A stretch of DNA of 64,000 nt, taken from contig JBFGCA010000005.1 of assembly GCA_041567315.1 (NCBI GenBank), forward strand, positions 10,858-74,857, written 5' to 3'. Positions 27,391 to 36,501 of the stretch are shown one piece after another. Position 1 is the first letter of the stretch, and every line of letters starts with the position of its first letter. Made by a program: the position numbers and the translations under genes. The notes beneath the pieces are model-generated. The model made no database searches, was not told where the DNA came from, and saw only the letters and a program-made list of their open reading frames with translations. The stretch comes from Thermoanaerobaculia bacterium. GTDB lineage: Bacteria; Acidobacteriota; Thermoanaerobaculia; Multivoradales; JAHEKO01.

Positions 27391-27996
27391 ATGAGCCGAG
27401 CCCAGGACCTCCGCCACCTCACCCAGCTCTTCCCGACCTTCCTGGGCCTGCGGCTCGTGCCCGTAGGTCTGTGGTTCCTCGCCGTGGCGCTGGTCTCGCC
27501 CCTCCCGGGGCTCCACGAGGGACTCCTCGGGGCCCTGGCGGCGCTGGCGGCCGGGGCGATCTGGTGGGTCCATCTCTGGTACCGGCGCGAGTTCGGGGTG
27601 GTGGAGCCGCGCCGGCTGGGGATGGGCCGGAGCTGGGCCTTCCTGCTCGGTCTCGGCGTGGCGGTGGCGGCGTTCGGCCTGGGCGCCAGCCGGCTCGGCG
27701 GCACCGCCTCGCTCGTGCTGGTGCTGGTGCTCGTGCTCTTCGTGACCGCCGTGCTGTTCGCCCTGCCGCGGGTGTTTGGCGGCGGCTTGAAGGTCATCGC
27801 CCTGCTGGCCGGGGTCGTCCTGCTGGGCGCCGTGGTGCTGCTCGCGGCCGGACGCGACCCCGTCCGGTTCAACCACCTCGGCGCCCTCTTCAGCCTGTCG
27901 GTCGGGGCCATACTCATCGCGGCCGGCGCGATCGAGCACCGGCTGATGACGCGGGCGCTCGACCGGCTCGCAGGGTCGCCGCGGGAGTCGGAGTGA
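27391..27996 (+). CDS. Hypothetical integral membrane protein (4-5 TM helices)
   Basis: ATG at 27391 (in frame with the track ORF). Hydrophobic segments LVPVGLWFLAVALV, LLGALAALAAGAIWWV, WAFLLGLGVAVAAFGL, LVLVLVLVLFVTAVLFAL, VIALLAGVVLLGAVVLLAAG. Its stop overlaps the next gene's GTG. Confidence 0.6.
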   Translation: MSRAQDLRHLTQLFPTFLGLRLVPVGLWFLAVALVSPLPGLHEGLLGALAALAAGAIWWVHLWYRREFGVVEPRRLGMGRSWAFLLGLGVAVAAFGLGASRLGGTASLVLVLVLVLFVTAVLFALPRVFGGGLKVIALLAGVVLLGAVVLLAAGRDPVRFNHLGALFSLSVGAILIAAGAIEHRLMTRALDRLAGSPRESE

Positions 27997-28343
27997 CCGA
28001 GGTCTTCGAGCGGCTGAGCGGCCTCGACCGCCTGGTCCACGAGCCGGCGCGCCTGGCGGTGCTGACCGCGCTGTCGGTCTGCCGCAAGGCCGACTTCATG
28101 TACCTGCTGCGCCTGACCGGCCTCAGCCGCGGCAACCTGTCGACCCATCTCTCGAAGCTCGAGGCCGGCGGTCTGGTCCGGGTCGAGAAGCGGTTCGTGG
28201 GGCGCAAGCCCAACACCCTGCTGGCCCTCACCCGCAAGGGCGAGAGGGCCATCGAGAGCCACTGGCGTCGGCTCGACGAGCTCCGTGCCGATTCCCGGCA
28301 GTGGAGCCCGGCCGCCGACGAGAAGAAAGGAGAGAGCGAATGA
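27993..28343 (+). CDS. Winged-helix transcriptional regulator (ArsR/SmtB-like HTH)
   Basis: GTG start overlaps the upstream TGA (GTGA). LVHEPARLAVLTALSVCRKADFMYLLRLTGLSRGNLSTHLSKLEAGGLVRVEKRFVGRKPNTLLALTRKGERA is a typical wHTH. Confidence 0.7.
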   Translation: MTEVFERLSGLDRLVHEPARLAVLTALSVCRKADFMYLLRLTGLSRGNLSTHLSKLEAGGLVRVEKRFVGRKPNTLLALTRKGERAIESHWRRLDELRADSRQWSPAADEKKGESE

Positions 28344-28675
28344 ACTACCTGAACGACGCCGGTCCCCTGATCTGGCTGGTTCTGATCCTCGGCCTCCTGG
28401 CCCTGGTCGCCGCCGTCCGGTTCGTCACCCGCCGTCAGCCCGGGCAAGCCACGACGGCCCTCGGCTCGACGGTCGCCTCGGTGATCGTCGCCCTGCTGGC
28501 CACCGTCGTCGGCTTCCAGAAATCCGTCGGCGGCCTCCGCGAGGTCGCCGCCGACGATCGCTGGATCTACCTCTTCGGCCTCCAGGAGTCGCTCAACAAC
28601 CTCGTCGTCGCCGGGGTGTTCGCCTTCATCGTCACCGTCTTGTTGACGATCGGGCGCAGCCGGCAGACGGCCTGA
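28340..28675 (+). CDS. Small membrane protein (3 TM helices)
   Basis: ATG overlaps the regulator's TGA (ATGA), preceded by aaaggagagagcga. MNYLNDAGPLIWLVLILGLLALVAAV..., 111 aa. Confidence 0.6.
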   Translation: MNYLNDAGPLIWLVLILGLLALVAAVRFVTRRQPGQATTALGSTVASVIVALLATVVGFQKSVGGLREVAADDRWIYLFGLQESLNNLVVAGVFAFIVTVLLTIGRSRQTA

Positions 28676-28801
28676 GCCTCGGTTCGAGGAACGACCACGT
28701 GTCGGCTTGGCCGGCGTGTAGGGTCTCCCGGGTCGCCGGCGGGCCACCGCAGACGCCGTGTCCAGGTGCGAAGATCGCAGGCGGCGGCCGGTGGCTCACG
28801 C

Positions 28802-29713
28802 ATGGCGAATCGGACGGGTGGCGGCTTGATCCTGGTCACGGGCGCAGCGGGCAAGACCGGCCGGGCGATCATCCGCCGGCTCCTCGAGCGCGACCTCGCG
28901 GTCAAGGCGTTCGTGCATCGGCCCGCACAACGGAGCGCGGTCCAGGAGCTCGGGGTGAATCAGGTGGTCGTGGGGGATCTCGGGGACCGGGAGACGGTCG
29001 GGGTGGCGATGAGCGGGGCCGATGCGGTCTACCACATCTGCCCCAACGTCCATCCCGGCGAGCTGGCGATCGGTCGCGCGGTCGTCTCGGCCGCGCACCG
29101 CGCGAGGCTCCCGCGGATCGTCTTCCATTCCGTGCTCCATCCCCAGATCGAGGCGATGCCCCATCATTGGGCCAAGCTACGGGTGGAGGAGCTGCTCTTC
29201 GAGTCGGGACTCGAGTTCACGATCCTGCAGCCGACGGCCTACATGCAGAACGTCCTGGGGCAGTGGCGCTCCATCACCGAGCAGGGCATCTACGAGGTGC
29301 CCTACGCCCTGGGCACACGAGTGGCGATGGTCGACCTCGAGGACGTCGCCGAGGCCGCGGCACGGGTCCTCGCCGGACCCGGACACGCCGGGGCCACCTA
29401 CGAGCTCTGCGGGCCGGAACTGCTGGATCAGACCGAGATCGCGGAAGCGCTCGGCCGGGCCCTGCGCCGTCCGGTCCGCGCCCGGGCGATGCCGCTCGAG
29501 GACTGGAGGGAAGGCGCCGCCGCGGCCGGCATGAGCCGCTACGCGACGGAGACGCTCTCCGTCATGTTCCGCTACTACGAACGCTTTGGAATGGCCGGTA
29601 GCCCCCGCGTCCTGGAGTGGCTCCTCGCCCGCCCGCCGACGAGCTTCTCCGCTTTCGCCAGACGGCTGGCCGATTCGGCCGCACGCTCCCGCCCCACCGG
29701 CAGTGTGCCCTGA
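28802..29713 (+). CDS. NmrA family NAD(P)-binding protein (SDR-type oxidoreductase)
   Basis: ATG at 28802. Rossmann motif ILVTGAAGKTGRAIIRRLL; NmrA-like length and layout. Confidence 0.7.
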   Translation: MANRTGGGLILVTGAAGKTGRAIIRRLLERDLAVKAFVHRPAQRSAVQELGVNQVVVGDLGDRETVGVAMSGADAVYHICPNVHPGELAIGRAVVSAAHRARLPRIVFHSVLHPQIEAMPHHWAKLRVEELLFESGLEFTILQPTAYMQNVLGQWRSITEQGIYEVPYALGTRVAMVDLEDVAEAAARVLAGPGHAGATYELCGPELLDQTEIAEALGRALRRPVRARAMPLEDWREGAAAAGMSRYATETLSVMFRYYERFGMAGSPRVLEWLLARPPTSFSAFARRLADSAARSRPTGSVP

Positions 29714-29749
29714 CTGCCAGAACGGACTGCTACTCTCCGGCGCCAGCCG

Positions 29750-30667
29750 GTGGATCCACTGACTCCAGGCGCTTCCGGGCTTGAGCCGCCGTCGCCGGCG
29801 GCGCCGGGGCCGCCCGCCCGGCCCGCGCCGCGGCCGTTTCCGGGCTTCTGGCAGGCCGCCGTGCTGGTGGTCGGCTTCTGGATCCTGCTCGGCCTCGGCG
29901 GGGCCGTGCTGACGGTGGTCCTGCTGATCCTCGAGCCCGTCCTCGGGCTGGGGCCGGACAGCGGCCTCTTCGTGGGGCTGACCGGGGTCCTCCAGATCGT
30001 CGTCTGCGCGGCGCTGGTGGCGGCGGGCTGGACCGTTGCGCGACGGCCGCTCGCCACCCTGGTGCCGCTGCGACCCTTCTCACCGCGCCTGCTGGCGCCG
30101 ATCGCCGTCTTCGCGATCGGCGCCGGCATCGTCGCTTCCGAGCTGGACAACCTGCTGCGGCACCTGTTGCCGGCTCCCGACTTCCTGCTCCAGATGAGGG
30201 TCGAGCTGCTGACCGGCGGACTTGGGGCGCTCTTCGCTCTGGCGGTGGCGGCGCCGCTGTCCGAGGAGCTGCTCTTCCGCGGCCTGATCCTCGACGGTCT
30301 CCGGCGCCGCTACCCGGCCGGCAAGGCGATCGTCCTGTCGGCGGTGCTCTTCGCCCTCGCCCACCTCAACCCCTACCAGCTCGCCATCGCCTTCGGCCTC
30401 GGCCTCTTTCTCGCCTGGCTGGTGCTGCGCACCGGCTCGCTGTGGCCGGCGATCTGGGCCCACGCCGGCGCCAACGGCTTCGGCTGGGTCACCGGCAACT
30501 GGCTGCCGGGCGACATTCCAGGGCTCACCGACTTCGCCGAGGTCGCCTTCCACCCCTGGTGGCTCGACGCCGCCGGCCTGCTGCTCCTCGTCCTCGGCTT
30601 CCTCGCCGTCCGTGCCGCGCTGCCGTCGCCACGAGGTGAGACGCCACAGGCCAATAGCTGGCGCTGA
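29750..30667 (+). CDS. CPBP family intramembrane glutamic endopeptidase (CAAX protease-like)
   Basis: GTG start. Multiple TM helices; motif 1 SEELLFRGLI and motif 2 FALAHL, followed by a conserved His (WAHAGANG). Confidence 0.75.
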   Translation: MDPLTPGASGLEPPSPAAPGPPARPAPRPFPGFWQAAVLVVGFWILLGLGGAVLTVVLLILEPVLGLGPDSGLFVGLTGVLQIVVCAALVAAGWTVARRPLATLVPLRPFSPRLLAPIAVFAIGAGIVASELDNLLRHLLPAPDFLLQMRVELLTGGLGALFALAVAAPLSEELLFRGLILDGLRRRYPAGKAIVLSAVLFALAHLNPYQLAIAFGLGLFLAWLVLRTGSLWPAIWAHAGANGFGWVTGNWLPGDIPGLTDFAEVAFHPWWLDAAGLLLLVLGFLAVRAALPSPRGETPQANSWR

Positions 30668-30720
30668 GGTCGCGCGCCCGCTACGGTGCTTCACCGCGGC
30701 TCTGAGCTCGCTGCTGGTGC

Positions 30721-31149
30721 TCAGGCGGCGAGGTGCCGCCAGCGCAGGCCGGGGAAGCGGTCGAAGCCGCCGTCGGTGGTCCACCACTCGCAGTTCTGCT
30801 CGATGGCGAGGGCGGCCAGGTAGGCGTCGGTGGTGTCGGCGCCGCGGACGTCGCCGCCGAGGACCAGGTCGCGGAAGATCCGCCAGTGACGGGGCCCCGG
30901 TGAGACTCGCCGGACCTCGGCGGGCGCCCGCAGGGCGTCGACGAAGGAGAAGACCTCGGCCGGGGTCGGGGAGGGCCGGAAGACCCTGGGGTTGGTGGCG
31001 ATGCGGACTACCGCGGCGAGGATCAGCTCGCTGACCGCCATCTCCCGCGGCGTGGCCCGCAGCCGCTCGAGCGCGCGGCGGCAGACGGCGTGATGAGGGG
31101 TGCGCTCGACCAGTGCGTTGAGCAGCACTCCAACGTCGCAGAGGATCAC
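30721..31149 (-). CDS. vapC: Type II toxin-antitoxin system VapC family toxin (PIN domain)
   Basis: GTG start (M)ILCDVGVLLNAL with the first PIN Asp; later acidic residues (ADTTDAYLAALAIEQN). Its GTG overlaps the antitoxin TGA (GTGA). Confidence 0.75.
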   Translation of the reverse strand: MILCDVGVLLNALVERTPHHAVCRRALERLRATPREMAVSELILAAVVRIATNPRVFRPSPTPAEVFSFVDALRAPAEVRRVSPGPRHWRIFRDLVLGGDVRGADTTDAYLAALAIEQNCEWWTTDGGFDRFPGLRWRHLAA

Positions 31150-31379
31150 TCGAGCTCCCACAGCCGGCTGGTGTCGTCGAGATCGATCCCCGCGCGCAAA
31201 GCCGGCTCCCGCAGCAGCGGCAGGGGCGGCGGCTCGGGGCCCGCGCGCCGCGCGCGCTGCTCGCTCAGGTAGAGGCGGACGCTCTCCTCGACGAGGCGTG
31301 TGAAGGAGAGGTGCCGCTCGGCCGCGAGCTGCTTGGCCTCCACCAGCAGGTGGTCCGGAAGGTCGATCGTGGTTCTCAT
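31146..31379 (-). CDS. vapB: Type II toxin-antitoxin system VapB family antitoxin (ribbon-helix-helix-like)
   Basis: ATG at 31379 by codon arithmetic (MRTTIDLPDHLLVEAKQLAAERHLSFTRLVEESVRLYLSEQ). The upstream MMYDISI codons of the track ORF lie in the AT-rich promoter/operator and are probably not translated. Confidence 0.7.
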   Translation of the reverse strand: MRTTIDLPDHLLVEAKQLAAERHLSFTRLVEESVRLYLSEQRARRAGPEPPPLPLLREPALRAGIDLDDTSRLWELE

Positions 31380-31402
31380 GATGCTAATATCATACATCAT
31401 GA
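31376..31402. promoter_or_regulatory. Perfect 8-bp inverted repeat TCATGATG-N11-CATCATGA in an AT-rich patch at the vapB start: candidate vapBC operator and -10 region
   Basis: Sequence tcatgatgctaatatcatacatcatga. It is the only AT-rich stretch for several kb, and vapBC operons are commonly autoregulated via palindromes overlapping the promoter. Confidence 0.55.
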
Positions 31403-31526
31403 TGACATTCGGACGTTTCCGCGGAAGCGGCGCCTTCCGCGGAGCTGTCCTTCGGCGTGCTCCCCGGGCGGGGACGGCCGCCGTCTACGACACGAACGCG
31501 GCAGGGCGGCTCGAGTGACCGAGAAC

Positions 31527-33830
31527 TCAGAGGGCGCCCGGTAACGGCACGAGCCTTACCGGAACGTACTTGTGGTACGGGGTCTTGGCCAGAGGGTCGC
31601 AGTGGTCGGACGAGGTGAGGAAGTTGATGCGCGGGCCGCTCTGGGTCTCGCCGCCGTTGCCGTCGGGGGCGACCTGCCCGTAGCCGTGGGGGAGGGACAG
31701 GCAGCCGGGCCGGACGGTGTCGTCGGGCTGGACGAGGACCTCGACGGCGCCGGTCCGGGACTCGCACCGCACCCGCTGGCCGGCGGCGAGGCCCAGCCGC
31801 GCGGCGTCCTCCGGGTGGATGCGGAGGGCGCCCTCGGGGTCCTGGCGACGCCAGGCGGGGTCGCGGTAGATCTGGTTGGCGTTGTAGGAGCGGCGCTCGC
31901 CCGACGAGAGGACGAAGGGGAACTCCGGGGTGAGATGCGGATCGGGCGCCTCGCTCTCGAGCGCCGCCAGCTCGGCGAGCATCTCGGGGATCGCCAGGTG
32001 GACCCGACGATCCGGGTGGCGCACGAGCTGCCACATCTCGTGGTAGGCGTGGGTGCTGATCGGCACCGCGGTGTCGCTCTCGAGGATGGCGCGGAAGAGC
32101 GACTCGCCGAGCGCCGCGCCGTCGCCGCGGTGGCCGGCGCGACGCACCTGGCGGGAGTGGCGATCGGCGTAGAACCGGCACGAGGCCCAGATCGCCGCGG
32201 CCGCCGCGGCGCCATCGGGCAGCGCCTTGCCGAGGGTGGCGTAGAGCACCATGCCGGCGAGCGCGCGCAGCCGCGGGCGCAGGGCCAGGGTCGCGGCCAA
32301 GGCCTTCGGGAAGAGGCCGAGCGCCGGCGCTCGGTGGTCGAGCCGCGCCACCGCCTCGAGCAGCGGAAAGCGCGCCGGCAGCGCCCCCATCGCCACCATC
32401 AGCCGGCGGTAGATCTCGGGCTCGGGCAGGGTGTCGCCGCGCGGCTCGACGATCGGGCGGCGCAGGTGGAAGTAGTTGGTCGGGAAGCTCAGGGTGAAGA
32501 AGGTCGCCTCCCACTTCTCGTACTGCGACGAGGCGGGCAGGACGTAGTCGGCCAGGCGCGTGGTCTCGGTGTCGGCGACGTCGATCGCCACCAGTAGCTC
32601 GAGCTTCTCGAAGGCGCGGCGGTAGGCCCGGGTGTCGGCGCCGGTCTGCATCGGGTTGGCGCTGTCGACCACCAGCGCGCGGACCCGCTCCGGGTGGTCG
32701 GTGTCGATCTCGGCCGGCAGGACGTTGGGCGGGAAGAGCCTCGAGATCTCCCGCATGCCGGTGACCCGGGTGGTCACGCCGCCGGCCCCGGGCTCGGGCG
32801 AGTGACCGATCAGCGGCACCAGCTGGGTGTGCAGGTTGTTGCCGCCTTCGACCCCGAGGTTGCCGGTGACCAGGCTGAGGAGCTTCTCGAGATAGGTGTT
32901 GAGCGTGCTGTGGAGGCTGTGCTCGACGCCGAGGTCGTGGCGCGTGCAGGCGGACCCGGCGGCGGCGAAGCCGCGCGCCACCCGGCGCACGGTCTCGGCC
33001 TCGACGCCGGCGCGCTCGGCGTACCCCTCGACCGGCACCGCCCGCAGGATCGCGAACAGCTCCTCGTGACCCGAAGTGCGCTCGGACAGGAACCGGCGGT
33101 CTTCCAGGCCCTCCTGGACGATCGTGCCGAGCATCGCCGCCATCAGGAAGGCGTCGGTCCCCGGTTTGACCTGCAGATGGACGTCGGCCAGCTCGGCGGT
33201 CTCGGTGCGCCGCGGATCGACCACCACCAGGGTGCGCCGCGGATCGCGGCCGATCTCGCGGATCACCTGGCGCGCCCGCGGCACCCCGTGCGCTTGCCAG
33301 GGATTGGCGCCGAGAATGACGACGTAGTCGCTCTCCTCGATCCCCTCGGTCAAGTGACAGGTCTGCCGCCCGAAGAGCCGCCCGTTGACCCAGAAGTCGC
33401 CGGTCTTCTCCTGGGCCAGCGAGTTGTAGATATACGGCGTGCCGAGCGCGGCGCGGAACGGCACCGCGTAGGCGCCGCCGAGGTGGTTCCCCTGGCCCCC
33501 GCCGCCGTAGTAGGCGATGGCGTGACCGCCGTGCTCGTCGCGGATCCGCGCGAGCTTCTCCGCCACCTCACCGATCGCGGTCTCCCAGTCGATCGCCTCG
33601 AAGCCGCCGTCCGGCCGGCGCCGCAGCGGCCGGGTCAGCCGGCCCGCGTGGTTCTGGTAGTAGTCGAGCCGCGACGCCTTCTGGCAGAGATAGCCCCGCG
33701 ACGAGGGATGGTCGCGATCCCCCCGCACCCGCGCAAACCGCCCGCCCTCGTCGACCTCGATCTCGATCCCGCAGTTGAGGCTGCAGAGGTTGCAGGCCGT
33801 GGCCTGCCACGTCGCTTCGTCGGCTTGCAT
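31527..33830 (-). CDS. Molybdopterin-dependent oxidoreductase (MopB superfamily, formate dehydrogenase/assimilatory nitrate reductase-like) with an N-terminal 4Fe-4S motif
   Basis: ATG at 33830 (arithmetic). CNLCSLNCGIEI...C cluster (MopB Fe-S N-terminus); conserved MGD-binding segments (VVILGANPWQAHG, LVVVDPRRTETAELADVHL); C-terminal MopB_CT-like region. Confidence 0.75.
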   Translation of the reverse strand: MQADEATWQATACNLCSLNCGIEIEVDEGGRFARVRGDRDHPSSRGYLCQKASRLDYYQNHAGRLTRPLRRRPDGGFEAIDWETAIGEVAEKLARIRDEHGGHAIAYYGGGGQGNHLGGAYAVPFRAALGTPYIYNSLAQEKTGDFWVNGRLFGRQTCHLTEGIEESDYVVILGANPWQAHGVPRARQVIREIGRDPRRTLVVVDPRRTETAELADVHLQVKPGTDAFLMAAMLGTIVQEGLEDRRFLSERTSGHEELFAILRAVPVEGYAERAGVEAETVRRVARGFAAAGSACTRHDLGVEHSLHSTLNTYLEKLLSLVTGNLGVEGGNNLHTQLVPLIGHSPEPGAGGVTTRVTGMREISRLFPPNVLPAEIDTDHPERVRALVVDSANPMQTGADTRAYRRAFEKLELLVAIDVADTETTRLADYVLPASSQYEKWEATFFTLSFPTNYFHLRRPIVEPRGDTLPEPEIYRRLMVAMGALPARFPLLEAVARLDHRAPALGLFPKALAATLALRPRLRALAGMVLYATLGKALPDGAAAAAAIWASCRFYADRHSRQVRRAGHRGDGAALGESLFRAILESDTAVPISTHAYHEMWQLVRHPDRRVHLAIPEMLAELAALESEAPDPHLTPEFPFVLSSGERRSYNANQIYRDPAWRRQDPEGALRIHPEDAARLGLAAGQRVRCESRTGAVEVLVQPDDTVRPGCLSLPHGYGQVAPDGNGGETQSGPRINFLTSSDHCDPLAKTPYHKYVPVRLVPLPGAL

Positions 33831-33901
33831 CGCGATCCTCTCGGGGACGCTGCTTGGCGGCGGCGGGATTGTAGCGTGTGGCCGTCTGCCATCATCTGGC
33901 C

Positions 33902-34114
33902 ATGCGGCGCACATCACTGGAGATCGACGAGGTGCGGCTGGCGCGGGCCCAAAAGGCCCTGGGCACCAAGGGGATCAAAGACACCGTGGATCGCGCCCTG
34001 GAGGAGGTCTACCGGGCCGAGCTGAGACGACGCCTCGCTCAGCGCGTCCGATCCGGCGACGGCGTCGACCTCGGCGAGGAGGTGCTCGAGGCCAGCCGCC
34101 GGTGGCAGCGCTGA
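33902..34114 (+). CDS. VapB-like/RHH-like antitoxin-family small protein (orphan; no adjacent toxin gene)
   Basis: 70 aa, MRRTSLEIDEVRLARAQKALGTKGIKDTVDRALEEVYRAELRRRLAQR, resembles VapB/antitoxin N-termini. The downstream 150 nt are non-coding. Confidence 0.5.
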   Translation: MRRTSLEIDEVRLARAQKALGTKGIKDTVDRALEEVYRAELRRRLAQRVRSGDGVDLGEEVLEASRRWQR

Positions 34115-34262
34115 CCCTCTACTGAGCGAGCGGGCAAGGCGACGTCCACGCCTTGCCGACCAGACAAATTGAGGATTGGATCTTCAATTTGCTCACTCTG
34201 TGTTTCGGCGGAAACGTCCCAGTGGTTTGTTTCCTGCCGGAGGCCGTCCAGGCCCGGTGCCG

Positions 34263-35225
34263 CTAGGCCGGCGCCGCCGCCAGCGAGTTCGCCGCCGCCC
34301 GCCCGGCCTCCCAGGCCAGGAGCGCCTTCTTGCGGGCGGTGCCCCAGCGGTATTGGCCGAAGGCGGCGGTGGAGCGGATGACCCGGTGGCAGGGGATGAG
34401 GTAGGCGACCGGGTTGCGGGCGACGGCGGAGCCGACGGCGCGGACGGCGCCTGGGCGGCCGATGCGGCGGGCCAGGTCGCCGTAGGTGGTGAGGGCGCCG
34501 GCCGGCACCTGGAGCAGGGCCTGCCAGACCTGGAGCTGGAAGTTGGTGCCGGGCACCTGGAGATGGAGTGGGCGGCGGTCGCCGTTGCCGGCGCCGGCGA
34601 AGGCGCGGGCGGCCCAGGCGGCGGTGCCGGCCGTGTCTTCGATCAGCTCGGCCCGCGGCCAGCGCTCGGCCAGCTCGTCGGCGGCCGCGGCGGGCCGGCG
34701 CCCGGCCAGGAACTGGAGCGCCGCGATGCCGCGGTCGGTGCGGGCCAGGAAGCAGTCGCCGAAGGGGCTGGGGTGGACGCCCCAGCGCAGCTCGACGCCG
34801 CCTCCCTGCTGCTTGAGCTCGCCGGGCGAGACGCCCTCGAGGGTGATCAGCAGGTCGTGGAGCCGCCCGGGGCCCGAAAGGCCGGTCTCCCAGGCCGCCT
34901 CCATGACGCTCGCCGAGCGGTCGAGCGCGCGGCGCGCTTCGGCGGCGGTCAGGAACTGCAGGAAGCGCTTGGGGGTGGTCCCGGCCCAGCGGCTGAACAG
35001 CCGGTGGAAATGCGACTCGCTGAGGCCGGCGGCGCGCGCCAGGTCGGCGAGCGAGGGCTGGTCGTGGACCCGCGACTCGAGATGGCGGATCGCCTGCTCG
35101 ACCCGCCGGTAGTCGTCGCGCGCCTGCTCCAGGCTGCGGGCGATCCGGGCCTGGTGGTCCCGGCCGCCGTCGGGGGCTGGGCTCTGAGTCGTGCGGCTGC
35201 GTGGTGTGTGGCTCATGAGCGCCAA
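34263..35225 (-). CDS. AraC-family HTH domain fused to methylated-DNA-protein-cysteine methyltransferase (Ada/Ogt-like)
   Basis: N-terminal AraC HTH (LADLARAAGLSESHFHRLFSRWAGTTPKRFLQF). C-terminal MGMT with active site IPCHRVI and YGDLA motifs. No Ada-type N-terminal Cys4 zinc domain seen. Confidence 0.8.
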   Translation of the reverse strand: MALMSHTPRSRTTQSPAPDGGRDHQARIARSLEQARDDYRRVEQAIRHLESRVHDQPSLADLARAAGLSESHFHRLFSRWAGTTPKRFLQFLTAAEARRALDRSASVMEAAWETGLSGPGRLHDLLITLEGVSPGELKQQGGGVELRWGVHPSPFGDCFLARTDRGIAALQFLAGRRPAAAADELAERWPRAELIEDTAGTAAWAARAFAGAGNGDRRPLHLQVPGTNFQLQVWQALLQVPAGALTTYGDLARRIGRPGAVRAVGSAVARNPVAYLIPCHRVIRSTAAFGQYRWGTARKKALLAWEAGRAAANSLAAAPA

Positions 35226-35354
35226 ACTAGCCGGCAGCGCCGCCGCGCTGCAACCCGGATCTTGCTGTGTAGCAGGGCCTCGCCGGCCGCCGGCCCGAAG
35301 CCTGGCGGATGGCGGATGGGCCGGCCAGGCGGCGCCGGTCGCGCCGCCGAGGGG

Positions 35355-36365
35355 CTACGCGACCTTCCAGTAGTAGGTCTCGAGCGCCACCCACTCGCCG
35401 TCCTGGAGGGCGCGCAGCTCGAGGGTGTAGCTGCCGCGCTCGAGCAGCCGTCCGGGCAGGGCGACGGTGAAGACCCCGTGGCGGGTCCGCTGGAGGCCGT
35501 CGAGCGACCACCGGGTGCGGCCGGTCTCGTCCAGCAGCACCAGCCGCGGCTCTAGGCCGGGGCCGGCGAGCTGGCTGTTGAGGATCAGCGTCACGCCGCC
35601 GACGCCGGCCGGGATCTCGACCCGCCCGGGCTCGTCGGCCTCGCCGCGCAGCACCATCTCGGCCGGCTGCAGGTCCTCGACCAGCACGTTGGGCAGCGGC
35701 GCCGAGAGCGCCGCGACCTGCTCGGTCAGCTGCCGGCTCTGCGCCTGCTGCGCTTCGACCTGCTGGCGCAGACCGCGCTCGGCCTCCTGGAGGCGCTGGT
35801 TCTCGGCCGCCAGCGCCTCGACCCGCGCCGAGAGGCCGTCTCCGGCGCCGCCACTGGCGCCGCCGCCGGCGGGCGGTGCGGTCTCGACCTCGCGCAGCGC
35901 GGTCTCGAGCCGGGCCACGTCCTGCTGGGCGCGGTCGAGAAGCAGACCGGTCCACACCCAGCCGCTGAGGGCCACCACCCCGGCCAGCGAGGCGGCGAGC
36001 GCCAGGTAGCGGCGCCGCGGCATCGGGACCGGCGTGGGGGCCGGCAGCTCAAGGCCCTCGGCTTCGAGGGCGCCGCGGCTGTCGCGCACCATCTCGAGCT
36101 CCTCGCGGCAGCGCGCGCAGGCCGCCAGGTGGCGCTCGACCAGCTCGGCCGGCATCTCTGCGGGCGACCGCCCGAAGGCATGGTCGACCAGGACGCTCGA
36201 CGGCAGGTGGGAGCCGTGGACGCCGAAGACGTCCCGCGTGGCGCCCAGCTCGGCGGCGCACTGCGGGCAGCTGCCCAGGTGCTCCCGGACCTGCCGGCGC
36301 TCGTCGGGCTCGAGGGTGCCGTTCAGGTACCAGGGCAGAAATTCGCTGACGCTGCTGCAGTCCAT
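35355..36365 (-). CDS. Anti-sigma factor with an N-terminal zf-HC2 zinc finger, one TM segment and a coiled-coil/beta C-terminal domain
   Basis: ATG at 36365 (arithmetic). zf-HC2 motif MDCSSVSEFLPWYLNGTLEPDERRQVREHLGSCPQCAAEL; TM helix YLALAASLAGVVALSGWVW; lies downstream of an ECF sigma gene on the same strand. Confidence 0.75.
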   Translation of the reverse strand: MDCSSVSEFLPWYLNGTLEPDERRQVREHLGSCPQCAAELGATRDVFGVHGSHLPSSVLVDHAFGRSPAEMPAELVERHLAACARCREELEMVRDSRGALEAEGLELPAPTPVPMPRRRYLALAASLAGVVALSGWVWTGLLLDRAQQDVARLETALREVETAPPAGGGASGGAGDGLSARVEALAAENQRLQEAERGLRQQVEAQQAQSRQLTEQVAALSAPLPNVLVEDLQPAEMVLRGEADEPGRVEIPAGVGGVTLILNSQLAGPGLEPRLVLLDETGRTRWSLDGLQRTRHGVFTVALPGRLLERGSYTLELRALQDGEWVALETYYWKVA

Positions 36366-36501
36366 ACCCGTTCCCTCGATCACAGTAGGCGTCCCGTGCC
36401 GCTCTCTGTTACATGGTTGCGGGCAGGGCCTGATTTCTGACGCCGGTTCGGCAGAAAGATACCGCGGGGGCCGGCGGTCGGCGGAAAATATCCGCCGCTG
36501 C

